A DNA stretch of 45,011 bases, taken from contig JAUCBJ010000814.1 in assembly GCA_032718475.1 (NCBI GenBank), positions 1 to 45,011 of the forward strand, read 5' to 3'. Below the pieces are notes generated by a model, which was not told the origin of the DNA, ran no database searches, and saw only the letters and a program-made list of their open reading frames with translations. Shown one piece after another: positions 19,149 to 31,959 of the stretch. The DNA is from Nemertoderma westbladi. Its lineage: Eukaryota; Animalia; Xenacoelomorpha. Both the position numbers and the translations under genes were made by a program. The stretch's first letter is position 1; each line of letters opens with the position of its first letter.

Positions 19149-20326
19149 TGTAAAAGCTTTTGCGTCATTAACCGGTTATTTTCCCTTAAAGTACTCTGTG
19201 GTTGGTTTACCAGGCATAAAAAGGCCGTGTCCTTGCTGTACTGGTGTTTTAGAGGACATAAACGTCATTTCTTCTGTATTTGTACTTTAGAGGACATAAT
19301 CCGCAATCTCGTGACGCGATAAGCTAGATACTCTTGAAAACAGTGTCGCTACCATGACGACGGCTAGCAGCTGATATTGCCACGTCGACATTTCTTTGTT
19401 TCTTTGTTCTCTCGTTGTTCGGTTGACCAATCAGAGCGTTTTTTGTCTCTGTGTTGGAGGTGTATACAGAACTCAGTAGTTCAGTGTTATGTTTTTTGCC
19501 CAGAGCCTAAGAACACCGGCTTTTGGCACCTCCGTATATCAGCATTCTTTAGCTTTACATTAGTAGGCTTAATTATAGAACGTATATCTGTTATCATACT
19601 AACCAAACGACTAACTCGAGTTACTGAGTTAATTCACTCACTTAATAATCATTTATGCATTAACTTTACTGCTTTTACTGTCGGTTATTCATTATATTGG
19701 TTGATGAAATATTATATCGGAATACTGATCAATAATCAGACACCCAACCTTCTTGATATACTAAAGGTTAGAGAGACCGGTTACAGATAAACGATTGCGA
19801 CCTATGTTAAGTGGTTTGAAGTGAATCTAATGCTATTTCATATGCCCAACATAAATTGTCTGTTGCTCTCTTTATACATGACTAAATTTAGTGAAGGTCG
19901 GCAGATTAGTGTGCAGTATTGTGCAGCATTGTGTATGAGTGTAACTGATAACAAAGCATCTCCTAAAGAATGCGCCATATACGTGAATCTATAACCTTTT
20001 CGTTGTGACTAGTTTAAGCCATAACTCTGTTTACATATTTAGAGCGCCACGTCCTAAAGGAACTGTTAATATTTCCCGAAAGTGAATAATATTTGTCAGA
20101 GATTATATATTACGATCAGTCGAATAATACAGTAGGCTTACATCATCAATCATTAAGCTCCGAACTCAGTCTCCCGGGTATATCCAACGGGTGAATGATT
20201 GCGCATAGACTGGCTTCGGCTAATGTAGTGTATCAAATACTCGTCATAGGCTAAAGACTATCTATCATCCAAAAGACATTCTAATTTTGGCAGGTTAAAC
20301 TGTCAAAGGTCTTAAAAGCGCAAACA
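19149..20326 (+). repeat. 3' LTR
   Basis: Near-identical to 1604-2781 and followed by the TSD CATAT. Confidence 0.97.
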
Positions 20327-20810
20327 CATATATATAAATTATACATATAGTGAGACACAAAATGTAACATAGGGGTCAGCTATTCATACAAGCCGTACTA
20401 TTCTGACAAAAATTTACAGAAAATGGGCATCCTGAAAATTTAAAAACAAGCGCATCTCTTAGAAGACATATTAAGTTGTACGGATATTAAGTTTTGTTAA
20501 TTTACTATGTATTTAAATGGTAAAATAATTAAAAAAATGTAATTTCTAAAATTATCGAAAAATGACTTACACATTTATTTTAAAAGATAATTTAAGTGGA
20601 TTTATATGTTTAATATGAGAGAATAAATGCTAAAAATTACTTATCAAACCAGATAGCGGTTATTGTTATTAAATTTTGCATATGTAGATTCAAAATGCAA
20701 AGGTAGCAGTACCGTCATTATTTAACAAATATTAATTGATTTATTCGAAATCTAACAATTTATTATCACAACTTTTTTATTGAAATAGTATTATTTTTCC
20801 CCGTGGAAAC
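20327..20810 (+). repeat. Right half of dispersed AT-rich repeat copy A
   Basis: Colinear with 21476-21960 (e.g. AAAGATAATTTAAGTGGATT, CATATGTAGATTCAAAAT, AAGGTAGCA.TACCGTCA). Confidence 0.85.
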
Positions 20811-21397
20811 ATATTAACCATAAAAATGTAACAGAAGCTATTATTCTGAAACATTAATATTTTATCATTTTTCCAGAAGTAAATTTTCAGATTATGTATT
20901 TAATAGGTATTTCTTTCAGTTTCATGATAATTTCCTAAATTGTTGTTTATTAATTAAAAGCATAAAACGTTTTACATCTCTAACTGCTATTAGAAAATCA
21001 ACGCTACTTTCTGTTCAATTATTCAAGTCATATTCAAATTATTTATTTACTCAAACAGCCAATTTATTATTGAAGTATGAAAATCTTGGGGATATGGCAA
21101 TGGTGCATAGAAGGTAATTGCTTTCCTTGATATCGTAAAGTACGGAACGCCAGTAGTAGCTATCCAGTTTACCCATAATAGGTACATATATATACCTATT
21201 ATAGGTACACATAAAGGTAAGACAAACTGAAAGAGAAAATAGCTACATCGAGATGAATTAAATTTACTGATAGCCAAACCCTGAAGGCTTACACTAACGC
21301 ATGACTCGCCCCTTATGCTTCTGTGTCTGGCACAATTTACCATTGCACATAATACTGATGCCTGGCATGTATTTGATTCACCTGAATCAACAAAACC

Positions 21398-21960
21398 GCT
21401 TTCTCAAATAAGTATTAGTCAATGACGCTAAATAAAACAATAAGGTAGCATTTTGCGACGGTTTGTGTTTTAAACATATATACAAATTATACATATATTG
21501 AAACACAAAATGTAACATACATGTCAGCTACTCTTACAAGCCATATTATTTTCACGAAAAATTTCACAAAAATAACATCCTGATAATTTAAATCGAGCCC
21601 ATCTATTAGAAGAGTTGTTAAGGTGTATGAATATATAAGTTCCGCAGCTTTTCAATGTATTTCAGTAGCAAAATTATTCAAAAATCAAAATTTCAAAAAT
21701 TATCAAAAACATAACTTCCCCTTTATTTTAAAAGATAATTTAAGTGGATTCATAAGTTGAATGCATAGGAGAATCTAAGCTAAAAATTACTTATCAACCC
21801 ACTTAACGTTTAATATTATTAAATTTTCCATATGTAGATTCAAAATACAAAGGTAGCAATACCGTCACTATTTAACAATTTATAATTGATTTATTCATAA
21901 TTTAGCAATTAAGAAAACATGCAGTTTTAATTAAATAGATATTAATTCTTCTCAATAAAA
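21398..21960 (+). repeat. Dispersed AT-rich repeat copy B (uninterrupted); probable non-autonomous element
   Basis: Aligns with both flanks of the LTR element and with the reverse complement of 26797-27268. Confidence 0.85.
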
Positions 21961-23548
21961 CAATTAATGGGTGGGTATGCGAAATATACAGTATACTGTA
22001 ATATGATTTGCAAACAAAAATATTAAACAATTTACATGACTACGAATTGTATATCGTCTTTGTATATCAAGCAATAAAGTCAATTATTATATTATTAATT
22101 GGCAACAAAGATAAATTATTTTATTCCAAACTTGGATTCTATTGCAAGGGATTGATTTGACCGCACTGGTGTGAACTACAGATTGATTTCTCTACGATTT
22201 CTTGTGAACTCTTTCATTTTCTGTGACAGTTTACTGTGCGCGATATTGCTCTCGAAGATCCAGTAAGCAACCGAGGGTGGACTCTCTATTGCCGAGGGGC
22301 ACTTGTATAATAACTAATAATCACGAACCCCGTCCTCTTATAATATACACCTAACTCTGCAGTAGTCAGTAGTAGTAGTAGTAATAGTAGTTAGTAGTGG
22401 TAGTAAGTAGTTATAAAGGAGATGAGTTTAAACCAAAGTGATAAAGTAACATTATTATATAACATAACCATATAGACAAAGTAGAATAAGATACGGATTC
22501 ATAATTATTTTATCAAACTCATGTACTACTTACTTCAATGTGCCAATTGTAACAATAATTAAACATATTATTCTGATTAATCTGCGTTTGGCCCCATAAA
22601 ATATTATACTGAAGTGTTTTATATCAATATATCCATGCGAGTAAACAAGAACTGAAGTAAATGTTTATTATTATAGTTTTAGAAATTGAATGATATACCC
22701 AAGATAGTGAAATAAATAATTTACCAGAAATTGCCATTTGATCAGATATATCAAAGCAGAGTCTTTACTATAATACCGTAATAGTATCAATTCACTCTGT
22801 TATACAATGTAAATATACTAAATCTATTTATAAATATATTATGAGCCCTACATTGTATATTTCTCCCACAGGTAGACAATGTAGTATGTTAAAACTTGAT
22901 ATAATTTGGTATAATGTATAACATATTACAAATAAGACTGAGGCAGCTAAACTATATTGCAAAGAATTCAAATATCCTAAAGTAATATACTAGACCCTCC
23001 CTCAACCTTATAAATAGCGTTCACCACCTACCCCACCCACCGCCCTTATTACTATATAATAATGAAAGATAGTACTGGCGCTCCGGTCACTCCGTTCCCT
23101 CCGCTGGGGGGGTTAAGTTGTAGGTTTTGACACTATGCAAATTCCGAGCACAGAGTTAGAAGCGCATTGGATAGGCGAACATTTCTTGCAGTGAAAGTAT
23201 TTCCATACCTGTTATAGTTTTCGAGATAATCAGACATGAGTAGCTAAAATTTAATTTTTTTTCGGTAAAGTCTGATTTCACCGGTACCTGTCATCCGAAA
23301 TATGGATTGTGATATATCGTTAGATGCCTGTCCACTAACTGTACATTCACATATTTTCAAGGAGAAAATTCGATCAAGGGTTTTCGAAATATGTTCGAAT
23401 TACCGGAAGCAGACTTTGGACGATCATATCTCCAGTACCAGTAGGCCTATTGAGTCGAAATTTGTTTTAATCTACTTAGAACACTTCAGTGAATGTTTTT
23501 TAGTTTGAAAGTTTTGCCCAAAAATGCTCAGAAGTAATTTCGAAAAAA

Positions 23549-24680
23549 CTGATCATTTCGCGATCATGATCTTTTGACCCCCTAGAATTGAACTTTTTTA
23601 TGGTCAAATTTTGGCTACCCCCCCTAATTCGAGGGTGAGGAATCTTTTTGTAATGTTAAGTTTTTTCATACGGTGAACTCACAGGACTTGGTCTTCGAAA
23701 TAAAACCGAAAACATGATCTTTCTTGATCATGGCCTGATTAAATCGCTTTTTGAAAATTTCGAAATGCTCAAAAGTTGCCCCTTCTTAATAGAAGTCGAT
23801 TATTAAAAAAAATCGGGGGTCTCAAACAAAGTTTTCGAGAAAATCGGGAAAAACCGAAAAACACAATCTTTTATGATCAGGAAGCTGATCTCGAGAACTG
23901 GTTGACCGATCGAGCCATTTTTTTTTTAATCAACTCAGAATAGACCATTGCACATTTCTTACAATGAATGTTTATTAGAAAAACGCTTAGATTCGATTTT
24001 AAATATACTGATCTTTTCGCGATCATGATCTTGAGTTTTGACCCACTAGACTTGAACTTTTTAATGCCCAAATTTTGGCTACCCCCCATAATTCGAGGGT
24101 GAGGAATCTTTTTGTGATGTAAAGTCTTTCCATACAGTGAACTCCCAGGACTTGGTCGTCGAAATAAAACCGAAAACACGATCTTTTCTGATCGCGGCCT
24201 GATCAAATCGCTTTTTGAAAATTTCGAAATGCACAAAAGGTGCCCCTTCACCATAGAAGTCGATTCGTAAAAAAAAATTCGGGGGTCTCAAACAAAGTTT
24301 TCGAGAAAATCCGAAAAAAATAAAAAATCTGATCTTTTATGATCAGGTATCAGATCTCGAGAACCGATTGTCCGATCGAGCCAATTTTTTTTAATCGACT
24401 CAGGGCGGTGTTCTGAACGTTTCCTACAGTAATTGTTTATATCCAAAATGCTTAGTTACAGTACGATTTTATGAAGTCCGATCTTTGCGCGATCATGATC
24501 TTGCGTTTTGACCAGGAAGAATTCACTTTTTTTTTAATCTTTTAACGGGAATCATGACTATTGTGGGGTCGCTGAATCTCTTTGTAATGTTAAGTTTTTC
24601 GATTGGAGCAAGCCTTGAGTGTCCGATTGCTGATCAAAACTGATCTTTGCTGATCATGGTCAAGATCATGATCTGATCGC
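23549..24680. repeat. ~460-470-bp GATC-rich tandem repeat, 2 full units and 1 partial, probably internal to a non-autonomous DNA element
   Basis: (C/T)GATC...CGCGATCATGATCTT..TTTTGACC starts at 23549, 24008 and 24478. Units 1 and 2 are highly similar. Confidence 0.85.
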
Positions 24681-26796
24681 TCCAAAAAAAGATATTTGAA
24701 GGTAAACCCATATGCTGCCTATCGATTGGCGCCGGTCCCAAGTCCGTAGCATTAGCGGTTCTGGAGATATGCGCATAGCAACGCAGTTGCTAGGGAAGCG
24801 GACTTTTTGACTCAAATTGGTCCTAGACGGAGAACCGTAGACTTTTTTAACACATTATGTATGGCGAAAAGTTGTCTCGATAAATTTGGGGGGGGGGGTC
24901 TAGGAACATCCTATTGTTCGTTTTCGCTTAGTTGCTGGGATCCTCTCGTCCCCCAAATCCCAGGATTCTATAAAGGCATTCTGCTGGACTAGTTCTGTGG
25001 CCGGAAAAGTTGTCGGTGTTCTGCGAACAGAGAACCTAATCGGTTTAGGGCCCTGACCGTCCAGCTCTCGAACCGGGAAGAAACTTCGTGGTTTTCTTTA
25101 CAGACACGTGACTTTCCTCTCTGAAGCTGATAATTCCACTTCCAACAGGTTAAATAATAGTTGTTTTAACTTTTATTTATTTTCTTTTAAAACGTTTATA
25201 TTTTGATTGTATAAAGGTTGGCTGGCAGCTGACATTGGCTAATTGTACATTGTATATATTATTAAACTTACTCTAGAACGAAATAATTAATTCATAATAA
25301 TTCAGATATGGCAGACTTTCGACGCGACGACAGAAATCATCCCTCCTCCTAGTGGAAAATCGGCGCTGATTACTCCCAAAATTAAAACTGTCACCTGTAC
25401 TAATGACTTTAGTTTATTGTTTTGGTTAGAATAACGCATCACTGCAACCCGCTCTTTTCCCTAGTAGATAATTTAACATTGCAACAAGATATAAATATAA
25501 ATGAGGACTACTTGCGCCAATGTATATGTTTGATTTAATGGTGCAAATTGATTGCAAACATATTTTAATAATAATATTAATAATAAATAATTAGTAATCC
25601 AATATGAAGCTGTTACAAATAATATTTAAGTACAATATTTACATTACGTGCTAATAAATTCCTTTCCCAAGCCAATATTTTTCTTACTACAAACCACATA
25701 ACAGCATTTGGTTAATTAAATGCAGCTTATTTACTGTTCTCTGATTGGGCGAGACCAGACGTCTATTAAATGGTTGGCGTATAAGACATTTAAGGAAAGG
25801 TGGGTTGACTCATTGTATTGTGTTATCAAGGTGTAGGGCCTACGTACACCTTATGTGTTATGCATTGTATTGTGCATTCTGTCCAATTGTTCGTTGCCAA
25901 GCAACCACATACAGTCATAATAAACTCGAATAAATAAACAACCTGTTAGGCCTACCAAATGCAGTACTCTACTACCACTACCACACATCAACAGATGGGC
26001 TTGAGTTGGTATTAATTTTTTTATTTACAGTTTGTTGGTAGTAGGCCTACTGTAGTACATAGTCGATGTTGAAGCGCAGGCGATCACTGAAGGCACTTTT
26101 GGCGCTACTTTAATGTGAGATTCACTTACAATCTGCCTTTCGCTCTGGCGAAACACACTCGGAATACCGATACCCAATGCTGAACTTTTCAACTGTTTCG
26201 AGACATCTGATTACGATTCTTCTACGACCTGCCGTTCCCTGAATAAGACTTCGCTATCAAAAAAATGTGGTCTTGGCATCTTAGAATCGAAGTTGGTAAA
26301 GTCAGGTAATCAGCTCCGGTGAGAAGAACAACTGAAGTAAACAACTGACTGACTGAGTTCCTCCGCTGTTAGAGAGCGCTATATCGCGCACAGCAAATTG
26401 TAAGAGTTCGAGAAACTGGAAGAGTTCGCGAGAAATCGTAGATAAATTGTTCTGTAGTTCAACAGCGTGGTGGCCCACTCCCTCCCGATAATTTCTTCAT
26501 ATTTTTAATAATAATTTTAAACTAAAGATAATTTCTTCGATTGAGTGTTTGGAATAAACGTATACGCACGTATACTGAGCGGCCCGGAGGCTGACCTCTC
26601 AGCATATGGATTCTGTCGCCGCCGCCGTAACGAACATGCATCACATAGACTCCAAGAAACAGATGGGATTGGAGGATGAAAACCAATAATGACTTACATC
26701 AACCAAACAATCTGCCGTCTAATGTAATACACAGTCGCCTAAGCAGACAACTCACAATCACATCCTGATCCGCAACCTGGGAAATTGTTATATATT

Positions 26797-27268
26797 GTCG
26801 GTACTGCTACCTTTGTATTTTGAATCTACATATGCAAAATTTAATAATATTAATCGTTAAGTAGGTTGATAAGTAATTTTTAGCTTTGATTCTCCCATAT
26901 ATTAAACTATTATAAATCCACTTAAAATATATTTTAAAATAAAAGGGAAGTTATCTTTTTGATAGTTTTTGAAATTTAAATTTTTTAATTATTTTACTAT
27001 TGAAATACATTGGAAAATTAACAAGACTTAATATTCATACACCTTAATAACCGTTATAATAGATGGGGTTGATTTAAAATTATCTGGATGTTATTTTTGT
27101 GGAAATTTTCGTAAAATAATATGGCTTGCATGAGTAGCTGACGACTATGTTACATTTTGTGTTTCAATATATTTATAATTTATATATATGTTTAAAATAC
27201 AAACCGTCGCAAAATGCTACCTTATTGTTTTATTTAGCGTTATTGACTAATACTTATTTGGGAAAGCG
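26797..27268 (-). repeat. Dispersed AT-rich repeat copy C (inverted relative to A and B)
   Basis: Reverse complement of 21398-~21870, e.g. CAAACCGTCGCAAAATGCTACCTTATTGTTTTATTTAGCG. Confidence 0.85.
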
Positions 27269-27539
27269 ATCCAGCAACAATACTATACATTGGCTTATAT
27301 TAGAAGCGAAATACAAATACATTTTTTTTACGATACCTGTTTTAAGTAACACGAATTAATTACAACTACTCTATCTGTTTCGAAACAGGTCAGATAAGTA
27401 GGGGGGGGGGGGGGGGGTTGGGTGGGGGGGGGGGGGATAAACACCCTCTGGTTAAAATATTAGTTTGTTTTTCTTATCTTTTCTGGTGTATAATTTGATT
27501 AGTATCTACGGTTTTCACTTTCAGGCATGTCGACCCTTA

Positions 27540-27880
27540 GTGACAGGCTGGTGCACTGCCGAATAATATACGTCCTCCCAAACACGCAACCGCCTGTGGT
27601 GTAATCTATATATGCCATGCATCAGCTCGAAAAGATTAAAAACAACAAAAACGCAGGACTTTTTCACCTTCAGACATTCCACCTACTACCGGTAGACTGG
27701 AGAACTTCAGCTTCCTCCCAAACACGAATCCAATCTTGTAGTAGATCTTTCCCCAGTATCAGCTCAAAAACAATAAAATTGGTGATGGGAATGGTTTCAC
27801 TCTCAGAGATTACACACCCAAGCAGCAGATTGAAGAACTGTAGGCTGGTCGGCGTCCTCTCACTCAAACAGGCAGCGTAA
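27540..27880 (-). pseudogene. Possible decayed 3' end of a non-LTR retrotransposon ORF2
   Basis: SETIPITNFIVFELI...LLQDWIRVWEEAEV loosely resembles the post-RNase H region of I/LOA/R1-type LINEs. Flanked by a (TACA)n microsatellite and a poly-G run. Confidence 0.25.
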
Positions 27881-28180
27881 GATCTCTGTGGTACATACAT
27901 ACATACATACATACATACCTGCAAAGTTTCAGTTAGAACAGCCTTAGTCTTAGTCTAATGGTGAAACTGCAGTTACAAAGTCGCCTGAGTCCTGATTGCT
28001 GACCAGTAATATATTTTGGCCTAAAACGATGCAAAATAATCCACTTTGACCACATTCGATTCACGCAAACAAATACTTAAAATATGACGAGATAGTGACG
28101 TTGCTCAAGTTAGCTTTCTATTATTGTATCGCGAGACAGACAGACTGAGATTTATAAGACTTAAAGTCAGAGATTTATAT

Positions 28181-28651
28181 TGGACGGATCCATCATGGAT
28201 GTTGGACGGATCCATCATGGATGTTGGACGGATCCGTCATGGATGTTGGACGGATCCATCATGGATGTTGGTCGGATCCTTCATGGATGTTGGACGGATC
28301 CGTCATGGATGTTGGACGGATCCGTCATGGATGTTGGACGGATCCATCATGGATGTTGGACGGATCCGTCATGGATGTTGGACGGATCCATCATGGCTGT
28401 TGGACGGATCCATCATGGATGTTGGACGGATCCATCATGGATGTTGGACGGATCCGTCATGGATGTTGGACGGATCCATCATGGATGTTGGACGGATCCG
28501 TCATGGATGTTGGACGGATCCGTCATGGATGTTGGACGGATCCATCATGGATGTTGGACGGATCCATCATGGATGTTGGACGGATCCGTCATGGATGTTG
28601 GATGGATCCGTCATGGATGTTGGACGGATCCATCATGGATGTTGGATGGAT
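28181..28651. repeat. 22-bp minisatellite TGGACGGATCC(A/G)TCATGGATGT, ~21.4 copies
   Basis: Head-to-tail units with no spacers. It accounts for the three overlapping repetitive ORFs here. Confidence 0.97.
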
Positions 28652-30789
28652 ATATTTCGAATAATTTTAGATAGATTTCGATAGATAGATTTCGTAATTT
28701 GCGTCATTATCAATGCATACTACACATAGTTCTATCGAAATACGAAAATAAGTGGCCTAATTTGTAATGATTGGAAATTGCAGAATAAAACTAGCACAAA
28801 ATCGCACAGACTAAATACTGAAATAGCACGGCGGTACTCTACTACTATAATAACAGTGGCCTTCTACGTCCTACATACAGAAGCTAGGGACCCCCAATTA
28901 TTCTACTACATTATATATTTCTCAATAGCAGTCTTACATATGTTTCCTTACATTTTCAGATATCACTAAATTCCATATAGTAATTTCACTTTGCTACTAA
29001 TGGGCTACAGTATTATTTAATATAATTAAGGATAACAAAATGTAGCATTTTATAGCGGTTTGCATATTCGCTATATGTACAAATTCTATATATAGAAATA
29101 ATCTGTGTTTTTAAAGATATCTCGAAATGCTACCATCACCACTCCCAAAGTTTAATATATATAAGTAGCATAGCCGTCAAATCTTCCCATTAACTGAAGG
29201 GTTTTTGTATATTCAGTTTCAGAATACAAAAATTATATGTATATTGACCATAGCAGCCGAACCATGATGATTTGCAAAAAGCAATTTGTTTCTAATGTTA
29301 AACATTTTGATTTATTTAATAATAAAATAGTTAAATAAAATGTATTAGGTAATAAAATTAAAATATAAGAAATGTTAATATAAAACCATATGTATGTCTT
29401 TGAAATATATATTAGTGACGGTTCTGCTACATTTTGTATATATATATATATATATATATAAAACAAAAAATATACATATTGTTATGTATGGCCTATTCAA
29501 TACCTCAGTACCTGTATCTAACATAACCAAAATACTAAATCACACGAATGATACCAAAACACATAGGCCTACTGCTGTTGTGCTGTACTGACATAGGAAT
29601 CCTAGCCCTATAACACTAACAGTATAACTTTATCAGTTACCCTAATACCTATTTATAGGATATGAATTATTTTTGTCTTTTTGGATAAGTTTTTTGGGTA
29701 AGTTTAATAATTGTGTTTTTTTGTGTATTTTTGGGTAATTTTGTCTTTTTTTTGGTAATTCGTAGGACCATGAATCTCGAGATATGGAGTCTGGAAAAAT
29801 TGACCAATCACAGCACCTACCTCTTTAACAGGTGGTGCGACCGCGATGGTGTTTTCAGCAGCGTGATGGGGATGGTCAAGGGAACATTCTAAACTTTTAT
29901 TCAACGCTCCAAAGTTAATAGATCTCAAGATATCGGGTTTTAAATTTTCGACCAATTACAGGCTATGTAGCCAAAACCGGTAATCCAACAGCGATGAAAC
30001 ATCTTCAGTCAGCTAGGGGACGTTCCATAGAATATTCCTAGCCTTTAAACTCCGCCACAAAGTGAATAAAACTCGAGTTATTAACGTTGAAATATTCAGC
30101 CAATCAGAGGCCGTATCTGGTGACCACGCTCTTGTCGCGACCTGAGACCCAGACTGCAGCTTCAGATTACCGGCCAAAACATATTCACATTATATTATAT
30201 CAAAAAATGTTATTGCCTATAGGCAGGACACCTACCGGTACACGGTCAGTAATGATCATGTCCTGACTGCATGATTTCGGTCTGATGAAATTTTCTGTCG
30301 CATGCATCAGATACCCATCAATGGCCTCTACCCACCTTGCTGCCTTGATGGTCAAAATCCATTTCGTCAGATAGCCCTGGGTGAGGTATTGAAATAACGC
30401 AATTACATAGGCCTACAAGTTGGGCAACTTTTAACTGCACCAAAAAACCGTAATTTAGGCATTCAGAGTGCGCCCGAACATGGGGAACATTATTGCCAAC
30501 CTTGGGCATCTGCCTGCTACAACCTGACAACGTTTTAAATAACTGCCAGAAAGCATAAAGCGTCCCCTTACATCTGTACATGCCTTAAGAACGGACAACA
30601 GGTACCCGGTACCGCGGCGCTGTACTGCTGTACCGGATGTGGTTGTTCTAGGCAAGCAGTGCATACAGCTCGGACTGACATTACTCATTAGCTACATACA
30701 GCTGTACAGACAGAGCTAGGTAGTAGCTACCGGCATAGGTCAGTAGTATGAACACAGTTTTTTTGAGCATACTACCAACTGCTGACTTT

Positions 30790-31611
30790 TGCTGAACCAG
30801 GCTGACGACTCAGCTGTTTAATTAATTGCAGCCGGATTGGATAAATTATTAATTAATTTGCGAAACTTTACTAATTAGTAAAATCGTTAATTAGTTCGAT
30901 TCAAAAGATTTTAGAATAATTATCATTTGTAAAATAGTAAACCGCTTTGATACACCTTGTGAATAAGGATTTGGGGGACGAGGGGCAAAGCCCCCCCCCC
31001 CCCGCCAATTAGGTAATTAAGTAATTAGTTAATTACTAATTGACGATAGGAGATACGGCATCGGCGCCAGAGACTTTTTTGTGTAGAATAAAATTCCGAA
31101 CAACTTTGTGATGTTACGTTTTTTCATAGCTCTTAGTATTTTCGAGTTACGACGCTAATTAGTTTTCGGCTAATTAGTACTAATTAACAGTAATAGGAGG
31201 GCCATAGCGATGACTGAACTTTTTTTAGATCTTACCGAGATGAACAAAAAAAACACCGTTGCTAGGGGAAAAACCAAATACTTTTCGAGAAAAATCAATT
31301 AGAAATCTTTAATCGCTAATTACTAATTAATTAATTAACATATTTTTGCCAAATATTTCTCTGCTGTGCGCGCTCGGGACATCTATAAGATCGCGCAAAC
31401 AGAATCGTTCTAGCTTTCGCCGTTCTCCTGGAAAACTCCTTTAAAAAACCACCTAAAAAAGATCAAAGCAAAGTGCCTACTTCTGACCACTGGCGATATA
31501 ATGCTATCTTATGAGGTTTTACTTTGGTGTTTATTTTAGTTTGCTAAGTTCCGTTAAAAAGGCTGCATTATTTATTCCTCATAAGACTCTGTCGAGCCTT
31601 TGGCTCTCTAG
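30790..31611 (+). mobile_element. Possible non-autonomous Helitron/Helentron-like element
   Basis: 3' hairpin GAGCC-TTT-GGCTC (31594-31606) followed by TCTAG|T, and a TAATTA-rich body. The 5' boundary is uncertain. Confidence 0.35.
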
Positions 31612-31959
31612 TGGCAGCCTATTGCTCCAGCCCATTAATTATTATTTTATTAATTTTACTGTTATTTAATTAATATTTTACTGTGCTAAGGTGCCTATTT
31701 GGCTTTTATTATTATTAAATCAAATTTAGTACGCAGAAACCGTAACATTGATATTGACCAGATCAAAGCAGTGATGAGAAACATTATTCGTGGTTCGGGG
31801 TTCAGCTTCGCCTATGGAAGACATCAGTAGTTATAAAGATCGTCAGTCTGCGTTTAGGAAATATGTTTAAATACAAAACAGGACGAGCACAATGACGTTT
31901 ATAATAATGAAGACGAGTACTGCCTACTGCGTTGATTATATACCTATAAACCATACCTG

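Larger units (their letters stand above)
1604..20326 (+). mobile_element. Full-length Bel/Pao LTR retrotransposon (18,723 bp) with an extra 3' ORF cassette
   Basis: Two 1178-bp TG...CA LTRs. 5-bp TSD CATAT at 1599-1603 and 20327-20331. Gag-PR-RT-RH-IN order with the Bel/Pao triple zinc knuckle and a YMDD RT motif. Confidence 0.97.

Noticed and set aside
28124-28684. CRISPR-like array or repetitive protein genes
   Set aside because: There are no unique spacers or cas genes and the context is eukaryotic. The ORFs are translations of a 22-bp tandem unit.
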